From assembly GCF_009914755.1 (NCBI RefSeq), contig NC_060928.1: a DNA stretch of 64,000 bases. One strand, 5' to 3'. A program made the position numbers and the translations under genes. The DNA comes from the human T2T-CHM13v2.0 reference genome, Homo sapiens. The notes under the pieces are model-generated. The model saw only the letters and a program-made list of their open reading frames with translations. It was not told the origin of the DNA and made no database searches. Below, one piece after another: positions 14,545 through 29,291 of this stretch (position 1 is the first letter of the stretch; the number at the start of each line of letters is the position of its first letter).

Positions 14545-15440
14545 TTCATTTTATTTATTGAGCCTTTGCAACATGCCATGAACTGTGCTAGGTTATGGGG
14601 ATACAAAGATGAGTAAGGCATGGTTTTTGCCTTAAATAGAAGACTCTAGTAATGGAGAAAAACTCATATATAGATAAATTACCAATCAATGTGGTAAATG
14701 TAACAAAATAGACATGATAACAGGCTTGGGTAGAGAGTTCCTAACCCAGCTGGGCAGTAGAAGCTGGAGGCGTCAAGAAAAGCTTTCTCGAGTTGTCTGG
14801 CCTGAACTGAGTCTTAGATAAGTGGGTAGAGGAGGTGAGGACACTGAAGCAGAGGCATAATTCAGTGTTGCAGTTAACGTCGAAGTGTAAGATAAGACAC
14901 AGGTGAAAAAGCCTGGTGTGTGTTGAGTGTTGGGAAGGGAACGTTAAAAGTCTGCCGAGGTAGACAGGTGACCTTGTCTGGCATTCTGAGAGTTTGTACT
15001 TTATTCTAAGAGGTGGGGAGCCACTGAGAGCCTTCAAGTAAGGAAGTGACATGTTTTTGTTTAAACCAGTTGTTTTGGCAACCTCTACTGGCTGGACTCA
15101 AGGGATCCTCCCACCTCAGCCTCCCAAGTAGCTGGGACTACAGGTGTGTGCCAACATGCCCAGCTAATTTTTGTATTTTTTTTGTAGAGATGGGGTTTCA
15201 CCATGTTGCCCAGGCTGCCATGCAGAAAATGGATTAAAGGAGCACAAGAGTGAAAGCAGGGAGACAATTTAGATTTGCCAAGAGGTGATGAGGGCTTGAC
15301 CTAGGGCAATGGGAAATAGGGGACAGGATTTGGGAAATATTTTGGAGATAAAACAGTATGATTTAGTGACTCTTTTGATACAGGAGATGAGGAGGAGGGG
15401 GAGGGTTCAAGGATGATTGCCTCTCACAGTTGGGGTGCCA
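14545..15440. mobile_element. L2 fragment(s), with a partial Alu at about 15090-15217
   Basis: CATTTATTGAG...TGTGCTAGG...GGATACAAAGATG L2 terminal motifs and purine-rich L2 body. Confidence 0.65.
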
Positions 15441-15489
15441 CCATCATTGCCTATCCTATGGGAAATATATAGTGATGGTAATTATTGTA

Positions 15490-15650
15490 TTATGCTATTA
15501 TATTAACTTATTATCCTCAGTTTGCAAATGATAAAAGTAAGGCTCAAAGGAGAAAGTTGCTTAGCCCAAAGTCACACAGCTATTGAGTAGCGAAGCCAGG
15601 ATTTGAGATCTATTTGACTATCTGACTTCCAGCCTATCATACTATGTGGC
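15490..15650 (-). mobile_element. MIR
   Basis: GCCCAAAGTCACACAGCT...GCCAGGATTTGA. Confidence 0.7.
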
Positions 15651-17389
15651 TCTGGCTAAGTATGGATTAAAGTGGTGAAAATGAATCATTCAGAAAGTAG
15701 TCAGCTTGGTTACTGCTGGCCTTTATGCTTGGCCAGTGCTCAGTATTTGTTGAAGAAAGGAATGATTTTAATGAAAATTATACTAATATATTTACATATC
15801 ATTTTCATGTATTTCAAATTAGAATGCATGAGGGGAAAAATAAATAGCTTATCCAATATTATATGCAAATATCCCCCACCTGAGCTGCAGCTTTAGTCTC
15901 TTCTCAGGTTCCTGCAGCTACAAGTGAAGTCCTGAGGTCCCCTAGTCCATTGTTCTGCCTCTTTGTTTAATCACTCACCATGTTCTCTTTAGACACAGTG
16001 CTAAGGACACAGGTATAGCAAATACTTGTTAAATGATTCAGTCATTTATACATTTTTAGCATCACCATTACATTCTGGGCCAATAAGAGGACCTTCAGTC
16101 CTATTGTCATTTCTATCCAAAAATATTAAATGTGACCACGACCAAGAAAGACTGTTGGGCAGGAAAAAAGGGAAAAATGTCACTGGGCTAAAAGTGGAAA
16201 GTTATGGATATTGTTAAGATAAACACAAAGAAATTCCTGTGTTCTTTTCTCTAGGGTTGCTCACTTAACCTTTCCGTCTCCAAGTCCAGACTTCAAAGCT
16301 CCAAGAAAAAACAAGATACAACACTGTAGGATTAGCTGCCCAATTTACTTATATTTTAAGAAAGTGTCCAAAAAGGCCAGTTAAGCCTGTCTGACAGCAG
16401 TGACAGGTCTCATCATCAGAAATTTCAAGAATGATTATAGCCTGTGACCTGTGATGGCTCCAAAGGCCATAGGAATTGCCAGGGGATGTCACTGGCATTT
16501 ATCTCTCAGGATCACCTTCCTTCTCTCTGCTGGGGGAGTCAGTTCTGGACCTGGATGGAAAAGGATTCCCAGTACCCAGTTACATAGCTGCTTACATCTG
16601 TTATCTGTGCATGTGAGGTTTTATACTAGACCGGAAAATAGAGAGACAGTCACAGTTTTGTATTCATGAAATTAGAGACTCGTGGAGACCATTCTGCTGT
16701 GGCCTGTTCTTACCCTGCTGTATCAGAGATTCCTTGGTCTGGAGTCAGGGACTCAGGCATGGTGAGGGCGCCAGGAGAGCTGGCAGGGAGTTCCTCATTT
16801 CTTATTCCTGCTGCTCCTGCTTCATTTCCAACTATAAGGAAACTCATGGAAGTATTTTTAGTGTATTTGTGGTACCAGAGCCCCTCACCATTCCCAAGAC
16901 AAGGCTTGACTTTCCATCCCATAGTATAAGCAGAGTCTTGTACTACGGTTCCTCTTAGGAATTACTGCTGGGCAGTAGGTTATTAATAGTAACAGTTCAC
17001 ACCCAGTCCAATTTAAAAGAAACAGATTGTTCCTTTAAAAAATCTTCTCTGAATTTAAATTACAGGTATTTATAATATTTCTCCACTTCTTACCTAGACA
17101 CTGGATATTCCTCCAGGTTAAATGCCCTTGGACTATATTTTTCTTTGCCTGCTGGATTTTATTCACTCTTTATATCTCAGTGTCATAGGCCCTTTCTAAC
17201 CCTCACTGAGTTGCATGGCACCTGGAAAAAGCCCTTCTTACTCGACTGTAATATAATTGTCCATGAAAGACCTCAACATTTCTTTGGGAGCAGAGATGGT
17301 TTGCATTTATTGTAGTATCTCCAATAAGGCACATGCAGTGGGATGTCAAAGAAGGCTTGAACTGAATAGGAGCACATCCTAACTTGCAG

Positions 17390-17552
17390 GCCAGTAGACG
17401 TGGATCTGTACCAATGTCTGTCTCTTACCAGCTGCATAATGGAAACATTACTTACTCTTGCTGAACCCACATGAAAAATGGAAATAATCATCTTACCTTC
17501 AAGAGTTGTGAAAAATCAAACAAGTTCCTGGCAGAAAGTAGGTGCTGAATAA
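17390..17552 (+). mobile_element. MIR
   Basis: AAAATGGAAATAAT...CCTGGCAGAAAGTAGGTGCTGAATAAAT. Confidence 0.65.
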
Positions 17553-17565
17553 ATACACATATTCA

Positions 17566-17898
<333 letters not shown>

Positions 17899-19336
17899 TC
17901 ATTTGATCATTATACTAGGTTGAGGATTTAAGTTCTTTCCAAAACATTTATGTAAGGCCGTTGATAGATGGTGAGAAGTCTTAATCTAAGTATCAACGTA
18001 TTTTCTAAAATAATTTTGAACATTGTGAGAGGCAGAGTGAAAGAAACACAGTATTTGAAGTCAAAAGACTTGGTTTGATTCATTTTGTGACTTTTCCTCC
18101 TGGTAAATGACATATACACTCATTTATAGCCATTCATGATGTTCAAAGCTATTTGCCTTAACTTGTCCCTGAATATGCCTGCTCATTACTAGCGCTAACA
18201 TTTTTAAATGGAATATCTGTTACTCATTTATAATTGCTTTCTTTTGGTTCAAAGTGTGCTCTGCTCTCCTGATGTTCCCAAATAGTGAGGGTGCTGCTGT
18301 TTGGGGGTGGGGGGGTCCCCTTGGAGTTTAGATTCTGTTTCTGTGGTGCAACAGTGACATCCATTGACCTGTTATGCTAATTATAGAAGAAACCTGCTTC
18401 TCTGCTCTGTGACTGTTGGATTTTCTGATATAAAGATACAAAGAGAACAAACTGTCTCCGGGCCCAAGTAAGACAAGCTAGTGGTCAACACCTGGTCCCC
18501 TGCAGACTGGGCTGGTTTCAGGACCCTTCCCAAGGATACATATTCTAAGATCAGTGCCAGCTGGGTGTTCCCTTCTGGTCAAGTGGAGACAGTCCTAGAA
18601 CTGGTCCTCTCCATGGAGTTCAGCACGTTCATTGGGCTGTTGGGAAACCATTGGTTTGGGCTCCAGCATAAGCCAGGGCAAATCACTTTGCCTCTGGACT
18701 TTTCCACATTGATAAAATGAAGTCGATAGCAATACCTGCTTTGTAGTTACCAAAGTGCTCTTCCATGCATTTTATAATAACTTCCCACAATCCCACAACA
18801 ATTGTGAAAATTAGGAAAGCACAGATCAGATCTGCTTAGCATCCACCGACTGTGAGGATGTGAAGCTTAACACCAAATTACAGGGTTTCAAACCTCAAGC
18901 CTTGGTGACTTATGTTTGCTACCTTAGTTGGAATTAATGAAATCATTACAGAAATTCCTGCTTCATTTCTGGAAGAGCCCTCAGGGGAGGTTCTAAAAAT
19001 GGAAAATCAAAGGAAAGGCTATGTGGCTGGATGTGAGAGATTGAGCAATGAGTCAGTATCTTTAAGTAGAAAAAGATTTACATTGCTGGTTTCCATCTCC
19101 ATAAAGAACATAACAGGAAATAGCAAGACTAAAAATATTTATTTTTGCCTAGTATGTGTCAGATACTCTGTTAAGCATTAAGAATGGAGGATAAACTAGA
19201 CAAACTGTTTCATACCATCCAGAACCTCACTGTCAAGTGAGCAATACAGAGCAGGAACAGTGAACTATATATAATAGTGTGGTAAATGTTACATCAAGCA
19301 TTCCTGCAGGATGCTACCCTTCCAAACCCCCTCCCA

Positions 19337-19388
19337 TGTGTGTATGTGTGTGTGTGTTTGTGTGTGTGTGCACATGCCCGCATGTGTG
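19337..19388. repeat. Imperfect (TG)n microsatellite
   Basis: Directly visible. Confidence 0.85.
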
Positions 19389-20157
19389 CTTGGTAGGATC
19401 CAACTAGTAACTAACATAGGTACCTTTGGATGGATAAACAGATGAATAGTGTCAATTCAACTGGAAGCCAAAACATCAAACATTTTTCAATATCAAAACC
19501 AAGCAGATTGCAAAACTGACACATCAGATACATACCACACACAAAAACAAAACCCAAGGATTCAATTGCACTTTGTGTCATTTCATAGTAAATCTTTTTT
19601 TGGAAACAATTAGGGAATGTGTAACTAATTTGTGGTGGACTTAGCGAAACCCACCACTGACTCACTGGTAAAGCCTTTTCAAAACACTGTTATGATTAAA
19701 CAAACCAAAAAAAAAAAAGGCTCATCTAAAAATGGACCTCATTCAGATCCCATTCTTCCTTTTCGGTTGGTCCTCTAGCATGAAAAGCTTGGTTCTGGTG
19801 TCCCCTCTGATTAAATTGTCTCATTGGAACCCTCATTGTGAATACTCAAGGCCCATCCTTCAGCCACCTCTCCTCTCCCTCAAAGCACTTCCCGATGTGA
19901 ACTGACTCTTCCTCACTAGAGAGCCTCAAGTGGATGGATCACTCCCTACTTACAGGTGGAACTTTCTGAGGACAGAAGCCAACAGCAGACCCCAGGCACC
20001 TTGCCAAGAGGCCAGGCCCCATGACTGAGTTCTTTACTCCCCCACCATCTAGCCATCTGGGCTCCTTTGGAAAAAGTACAGCCCATAGTTTAAAACATTA
20101 CTTTTCATATTGGTCATTTGGGTTTAGAGCCATATGTTAGACAAACTGAGATTTTAG

Positions 20158-20602
<445 letters not shown>

Positions 20603-21133
20603 TGAAGCAACCCATCTAAAACATGCATATGCTGAATAAACCAAGAATGAAGCTGCGCAGGGGTATTCCCAGAGGCTGTGCTCAGATGCTGGGTATCACA
20701 CGGAGGCCACCAGACTCGAGAGTGTGAAGCTCACTGCCCCTCCCCACCTCACACGCACCTCTCTCACCCACGTCAGGGCACTGCCACCCGCCTCTGTGCA
20801 CCCCAGCCCCCTCCAGAGCTCTTCTTGCTTGGGAAGCTCCAGCACCATCAGCATCTTCACCATTCATCTTTTAGCAATTTGCACTTGGGCATAGAATAAA
20901 CCCACAAGGAGCCCTTTGCAGGACTATCTGATTAAGTGCATAGAGTGATTTGAGGTCCTCTCTAGAGGTCTCACTGCCCAAAAATCTTTCACCCAGCTGC
21001 TTAGGGTCCCATATCCCTCTATGAGGGGCTCATTCATTTGAGTTAACTCTTACCCTGTCTGTTTTTAAATAGCTACCCCTAGGAGAGAGTCATCAACACC
21101 TCAGCGATAACTAGTCTATCACATATTGGTTGC

Positions 21134-21450
21134 ATTATTTTTTATATTTATTTTAATTAATTTTTTTTAAGATGGAGTCTTGCTCTGTTGCCTGGGCTAG
21201 AGTGCAGTGGAGCAATCTCGGCTCACTGCAACCTCCGCCTCCCAGATTCAAATGATTCGTCTGCCTCAGCCTCCTGAGTAGCTGGGATTACAGGCACCTG
21301 CCACTACACCCAGCTAATTTTTGTATTTTTAGTAGAGACGGGGTTTCACCATGTTGGTCAGGCTGGTCTCAAACTCCTGACCTCAGGTAATCCACCTGCC
21401 TCAGCCTCCCAAAGTGCTGGGATTATAGACATGAGCCACTGTGCCTGGCC
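21134..21450 (-). mobile_element. AluS
   Basis: Reverse Alu dimer. Confidence 0.95.
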
Positions 21451-21484
21451 TGATGAATCATTTTTTTTCATTTGTGGGTGGTTA

Positions 21485-22677
<1,193 letters not shown>

Positions 22678-22682
22678 GCAGT

Positions 22683-23314
22683 TGTGTTAGTTTTCTATTG
22701 CTGCATAAGAAACTATTACAAATGAAGTGTCTTGAAGCAGCACTTATTTATTAGCTCACAATACTCTAGGTCACGGCTGTGCATGGCATCATTGGGTTCT
22801 CTACCTAAGACCTCACAAAGCTGAAATCAAGGTGTAGACTGAGCTGGGCTCTTATCTGGAGGCTCTAGGGGATTCTACTTCGAAGTTCCTTCTTGTTGTT
22901 GGTTGAATTCAGCTCCTTCTTGTTGTTGTTTGAATTCAGTTTCTTGTGGTTGTAGGATGAAGTCCCCATTTCCTTAATGGCTCTCACCCAGAGCTGCTCT
23001 CTCTGCTCCCAGAGGCAGCCTGCATTTCTTCTCACATGGAACCCCACACACCCATCTTCAAGCCTGCAAGACGCATTGAATCCCCCTCGTGCTTTGAATC
23101 TCTCTGCCTTCCTCTTCTACTGCCAGGCAGAGAATAAAAACTCTGCTTTTTAAAAGACTCACCTGCCTGGGCCAAACCTACCTGGATAATCTCCTGTATC
23201 TTAAGATTCATTGACTTGGGACTTCAATTGCATCTGCAATTTCCCTTCACAATCGATGTTTGAATAACTAGGGGACAGGAATCTTGGGACATCTTCAGAA
23301 TTCTGCCTACCATA
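22683..23314. mobile_element. MLT1 (MaLR) solo LTR with an internal ~27-bp tandem duplication
   Basis: TGTGTTAGTTTTCTATTGCTGCATAA start, AGAATTCTGCCTACCA end; TSD GCAGT at 22678-22682 and 23315-23319. Confidence 0.85.
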
Positions 23315-23424
23315 GCAGTCCATGATGAAGTCCTAAAATCAGGATCACTTTTCATTATCCAGTTGCTTAAGAATCCACGTATACTTTCCTTCTAAAGAAG
23401 CATGCCTACTGTAGGTTCAATAAT

Positions 23425-23643
23425 TGCAATCCTGTGGTTCGAGCTACTTGAGAGGCTGAGGCAGGAAGATTGCTTGAGCCTAGGAGTTCGAGGCTGCAGT
23501 AGGCTGTGATTGCGACAGTGTGCTCCAGCCTGGGCAACAAAGCAAGACCCTATCTGAGGGAGAGGGAGAGAGAGAGGTAGAGGGAGAGGGAGAGGAAGGG
23601 AGAGGGAGAGAGAGGGAGAGAGGGAGAGAGGGAGAGAGAGAGA
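23425..23643 (+). mobile_element. Alu monomer followed by a (GAGAGG)n purine tract
   Basis: GAGGCTGAGGCAGGAAGATTGCTTGAGCC...; GA-rich repeat at 23556-23643. Confidence 0.8.
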
Positions 23644-24235
23644 TTCACAGAGTTGGTTACTGAGAGCCATGTCTCTAGATTCCTAGCCTAGAACATTGTC
23701 TACTACACTCTAATCACTTCTTGCTTCTAGACAGAGTCTGATCCTATAAGGGGACTTTGCGGTTTGGTAATTTAAATCACCATAAAAGTCTCTGGAAATC
23801 TAGAAAACATTTATTGAAAATCATGCATAGATAGTTCCAAATCAAAATTTTTAAACTGGCTAAATCTATTCCAAGAAAAGTTATACTTTGTCAGCTTGAA
23901 ACCAACTGGGTAGGGAAGGAGCCATTGGGTCTGGCATGTTCATGCCTAGGTGTTAAGATCTTAGGATTTCTCGGTTGTGTGTTTGAAATCTCACTCAACC
24001 CGGGGACCCTGCATATCTCCCTAATAGAGAATAAGTAATCATAGGCCTGGCATTCAAGATACTCTCATAAGCCTTTTATTTTTCAAGATAGATTCCAGAG
24101 AAGTTGGTTGTGAAGCTACACAACTTGCTAAGTCAAGGCTAGAATCCAGGTCTCCCTGTTGCTATACACCAGAGGTAATAACCAGCAGCAAAGAAGCCCA
24201 ATCTCTCGTGAAGCTGTGCTTTGTTTGGCCCATAG

Positions 24236-24368
24236 ATTGTTGTTGTTCTTGTTGATTTAGAGATGGAGCCTCACTATGTTGCTCAGGCTGAACTCCTGGG
24301 CTAAAGTGATCCTCCTCCCTCAGCCTCCTGGGTAGCTGGGATTATAGGTGCACACTGCTGCGCACAGC
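24236..24368 (-). mobile_element. FLAM monomer, probably inside a MER102-like element spanning about 24170-24660
   Basis: Reverse Alu monomer; flank ATCCAGATGTCCAGG...CAGTGGACCCACTTTC resembles MER102. Confidence 0.6.
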
Positions 24369-25104
24369 TTTGGTTTTTAATTGGATTAATTTCCAATATT
24401 TAAAACTTGGAAAACTTTACATAAACATCCAGATGTCCAGGATTTTTCTGAAAAGTTGGGAACTCAGGTAACAGTGGACCCACTTTCTGCAGTGTAACAG
24501 TTGGGTTAGAGTGGTCCTTTAAACAGGACATGAGGCCTTCAGTGGCCATAGTTCCAACTGGTTCACTTTCCCCATTTACCCTCTTGGTCTCTGTAGGAAC
24601 TTGAGTCATGACACCTGCCTCACCCCAAGCTGCAGTTCTGAGATACCTTGTCTGACTATTCAAACAATTTCTTATCTGGCCTATATATACCAAGTATGTT
24701 TGGCTCTCATTTCCTGGCAGTTGAAAATAATAAACCAGATTTTCAAAGTGGGTGAACTACTTGCTGGCTGTAAGTCTGGCGTCATTGAAAGAATACTTTC
24801 TCTGTAGGCCCATAGTCATTTACCACATGGGATCCTCCTGGCTGTCAGCATTCATGTAATTTCAAAAAGTATCCCTTTCCTTATGTGCTAGCTTACTCCT
24901 CAGAAAGTTCTGACTTTCAGTGAATAAAACATCTGATATTTGTGAAGTCAAAGAGTTTGCCTAGAAAAGCCACTTTCTCATCTAAAGAGCTTACTGAACC
25001 TAACTTCTTTGGAGAACATCTGTGTAGCCATATGAAATTAATGCAGGCAGTTGTTAATTGATCATTCTTCTTGAGTTTATGCAGCCAGAATCTTTCATTG
25101 ATTA

Positions 25105-25715
25105 ATAGTTGTGATTCTCAATCTTAGCTGCACATGACAATGATCTTGACAGCTTTTAAAAATAATGATGCCTGTGCTACAATTAAAATAGTCGTGATGA
25201 TGATGATGCCTGCCATTCATCCCCAGAAATTCTGATTCAGTTGGTTTGAGGTTGGTCCTGGGCCTCTGGGTCTTTATGCTTTTGTTACTGTTGTATCGTT
25301 TTATTGTGGCAAACAGACACACACATACTCACATACATTAAATTTGTCATCTTAACCAGTTTTAAGTGTATAGGTCAATAATGTTAAGTGTATAGTTCAA
25401 TAAGTTTAAGTATATCAAAGTTATTGTGCAATGGAGCTTGATAACTTTTTTATCCTGCAAAACTGAAACTCTATACACACTAAAAACTCCATTTCCCTCT
25501 TCCACAGCCTCTGGTTGCGCCTTGGTTTTAAAGGCTTCCAGGTGGTCGAGCACGGTGGCTTTTGCCTGTAATCCTAGCACTTTGGTAGGCCGAGGTGGGC
25601 AGATCACTTGAGCCCAGGAGTTTGAGACCAGCCTGGGCAACACAGTGAGACCACGTCTCAAAAATATATATATTAACAAAATAAAGGCTTCCAGGTGATT
25701 CAGATGTGCCTCCAA
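25105..25715. mobile_element. MER5-type element split by an L1 fragment (about 25290-25510, -) and a FLAM (25544-25682, +)
   Basis: CCCCAGAAATTCTGATTCAGTTGGT...TTCCAGGTGATTC; FLAM TSD AAAGGCTTCCAGGT. Confidence 0.7.
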
Positions 25716-27000
25716 CCTTGACTTGGAGGGAAGGATTCCCACCTCAAAGGGGTTCTAAGGATTTTACAGTTCTTACCAGGGTTTCCACAGCTGCCAATAC
25801 CATCTACAAATAGGTAGGATGGGTTTTTTGTGTACACAGTAGTACTAGGACTTCTGATGAACTTGAGTACAGTTAGCCTCTGCTTCAGGCCTCCAACTGT
25901 GGAACCACCTCCACTTGGCTGCAGCTTTACCTATGAAGTACTCATTCATGCCATGTGGCCTGGCTGGGATCCATGGGGTTTTTTTAATCTCCTATCTCTC
26001 TGCCATTTATAGCTTGTGTTTGATTTCTTGACCCACCCTTAATACCAGTTGAGGGTGGGGCACCTGGGAAGGTGTACCAGGAAGCTGTGGCATTCCAAGA
26101 GTTCTTTGGACTTGGACTGTCAGAAGAACCAGTCATCTGGAAGAGAGCCCAGATCCATATGGACTTCCTGCACCAGCAGTGGTGAAATTCAAGGCTTTGC
26201 CTGGAGTCCTGGACTGTTCTATGGATTTGGCTGCTTTTTGTCACATCTACAATAATTAAAATGGTGTTTTGTGATGTTTGTGGCTGTTTAAGCTTACCTA
26301 TTTTATTAACTTGATTCCTGGCACTTTCATCTGTCTCTCATGATCCCAATAGAATAGAAACATTGCCCTGTTCTGGTATTTTCCATGAGCTACCTGTTGT
26401 GTTCATCTGTGGAAAACAGTTGTTTTGAGAAACAGATTCAAGTTGATGGAGCTAGGACCTGGCTTGCATCCTTTTTTTGTAGCATAAAATTCAAAACCTC
26501 TCTCTCCTGTTTGCTGGTATATGTCTAATCTTTCTCTCTGCCATCAGGCGTGACATCCTGACCCCACGCCATACCTTCATTCCCTGATAAGCGCTGCCCT
26601 GGTAAGTTCCACTGCATCAGTGCTGACCTACCTGACCTGGCATACTACAGAAATCTTTAAGTGCATTAGGACGTTCCAGCTGAACACTTTTATCACAAAA
26701 GCAAACAAGACTGGGTCACCCTTAGGACCCCTATGGATTACTGGGAAAAAAAGAAAATTTTATGAGGAAAATCTGGGGCTAAAGTGTTGTTGACTTACGG
26801 TGGTACCTCTAAAATCCTTTAAAAAAGAGTAATTTTCTGCATTGTCGGTCTAGGGTTTAAGAAAAGTCCAGTGATACCCCAGTGTCAAAGCTGCAGAAAG
26901 TTCTGGCCTCACTCATTGCAGCTGGAGCTTTGCAGTTTTAATCTTGGACTTGTTCATGTGATTACTTCTATTCAGATACATCAGTGGATTACAGCCTGCC

Positions 27001-27360
27001 TGGTGTAATCACGGCTCACTGCAGCCTCTACCTCCAGGTCTCAAATGATCCTCCCACCTCAGTCCCCTGAGTAGGTGGGACTGCAGGCATACACCATTAT
27101 GCCCAACCAATTTTTAAATTATTTTTTGTAGAAACAAAGTCTCACTCTGTTGCCTTAGCTAATCTAATCTTGAACTGGTGGGCTCAAATGATCCTCCCTC
27201 CTCAGCCTCTCAAAGTGCTGGGATTACAGGCATAAGCGATCATGCCCGGCCTGTTATGTAGTCTTTATAACATTTTTTTAAAAAGAGGAAATGCTAAGCA
27301 AATAGATGTTATTAAAATTGTAGTGCAAACCAAAACGAGAATGTGGGAAGATGTTATAAG
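27001..27360. repeat. Local duplicate (partial AluJ plus unique flank) of 28050-28363 + 30372-30410
   Basis: Shared non-Alu flank CTGTTATGTA..CTTTA..GAAATGCTAAGCAAATAGA..TGTTATTAAAATTGT..TGCAAACCAAAACGAG.ATGTGGGA. Confidence 0.85.
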
Positions 27361-27404
27361 ATGTATGATAAAGATCTTTCAATTCTTATATCTTAATTTC
27401 TTAA

Positions 27405-27980
27405 AAGGAAATACAGAGCAAGCAGGGACTCAGAGCTATCTGCATACCCATGTTCATAGCAGCATCATTGATGATAGACAAAGGGTAGAGGCAACCCAAG
27501 TGTCCATGGAGGGAAGAATAAATAAACAAACTGTGGTATAAACATTTAATGGCCTATCATTCTGCCTTAAAAAGGAATGAAATCCTGTTACAGAATATGA
27601 CATAGGTGAACTTTGGGAATGTTATGCTAAGTGAAAGAAGCCAGTCACAGAAGGAAAAATACAGTGTAATTCCACTTATACAAGTTACCTAGAATAGTCA
27701 AATTCATAGAAACAGAAAGTAGAATGGTGGTTGGCAGGGGCTGGGGAATGGGAGGATTGGACAATTATTGTTCAGTGTGTACAAAGTTTCAGTTTTACAA
27801 CTTCGTAAAACTGAAGAGTAAAAGAGTTCTGAGTACAAGAGTAAAAGAGTTCTGAGTACAAGAGTAAAAGAGTTCTGTAGATGAATGCTGGTGATGGTTG
27901 CACAACAGCATGAATATACTTAATGCCCCTGGACTGTACACTTACATGTGGTTAAGATGGTTCACTTTACATTATGTAGG
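27405..27980 (+). mobile_element. L1MB-type 3' fragment
   Basis: CCCATGTTCATAGCAGCA, GCTAAGTGAAAGAAGCCAGTCACA, GGTGATGGTTGCACAACA. Confidence 0.85.
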
Positions 27981-27983
27981 CTG

Positions 27984-28288
27984 TTTTTTCTTTTGTTTTG
28001 TTTCGTTTTTTTTAGACAGGTTCTCGCTCTGTCACCCATGCTGGATGCAGTGATGTGATCACGGCTTACTGCAGCCTCAATCTCCAGGGCTCAGGCGATC
28101 CTCCCACCTCAGCCCTGAGTAGCTGGGACTACAGGCATGTGCCATCATACCCAGATAATTTTTAAATTATTTTTTGTAGAAACAAGGTCTCACTCTGTTG
28201 CTGGTCTTCAACTCATGGGCTCAAGCAATCCTTCCTCCTCAGCCTCCCAAAGTACTGGGATTACAGGCATGAGCCATCATGCCCAGCC
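27984..28288 (-). mobile_element. AluJ
   Basis: Reverse Alu dimer in the L1 3' tip. Confidence 0.9.
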
Positions 28289-28365
28289 TGTTATGTATTC
28301 TTTACAACAATTTGTTTAAAGGGGAAATGCTAAGCAAATAGAAGATGTTATTAAAATTGTTGCTT

Positions 28366-28640
28366 GGGCGCGGTGGCTCACGCCTGTAATCCCAGCACTT
28401 TGGGAGGCTGAGGCGGGCGGATCATGAGGTCAGGAGATCGAGACCTTCCTGGCCAACACGCTGAAACCCCGCCTCTACTAAAATACAAAAAAATTAGCTG
28501 GGCGTGGTGGCGCCCGCCTGTAGTCCTAGCTACTCGGGAGGCTGAAGCAGGGGAATCACTTGAACCCGGGAGGCGGAGGTTGCAGTGAGCCAAGGTGCGC
28601 CACTGCACTCCAGCCTGGGCGACAGAAGGAGACTCCCTCT

Positions 28641-28672
<32 letters not shown>
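28366..28672 (+). mobile_element. Young Alu (AluY/Sc-like), CpG-rich, with a ~31-nt A-tail
   Basis: GAGGTCAGGAGATCGAGACC; pure poly-A. Confidence 0.93.
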
Positions 28673-28675
<3 letters not shown>

Positions 28676-28958
28676 GTTCTGCAGGTGCACGCAGGGTGCG
28701 GGGAGGGAGCACATAATGTCACGCCCCCTCTCCCTTGTCCACCGCTGCAGCCTCCTCCTGCAGCTCCTGGTGCTGCTTGTGTGCTCCTTCGGTGAGGACC
28801 TGGTACCTCTTCTGTGAAGCGGCAGCTGAGGAGACTCCGGCGCTCCCCATGGCCGGCGAAAAGCCCAAGGAAGGAGTCAAGACTGAGAACAACGATCATA
28901 TTAGTTTGAAGGTGGCGGGGCAGGATAGTTCTGTGGTGCAGTTTGATTAAAAGGCATA

Positions 28959-29291
<333 letters not shown>

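Noticed and set aside
28378-28899. 173-aa minus-strand ORF
   Set aside because: Antisense read-through of the SUMO2 pseudogene leader, the poly-A (poly-Phe) and an Alu.
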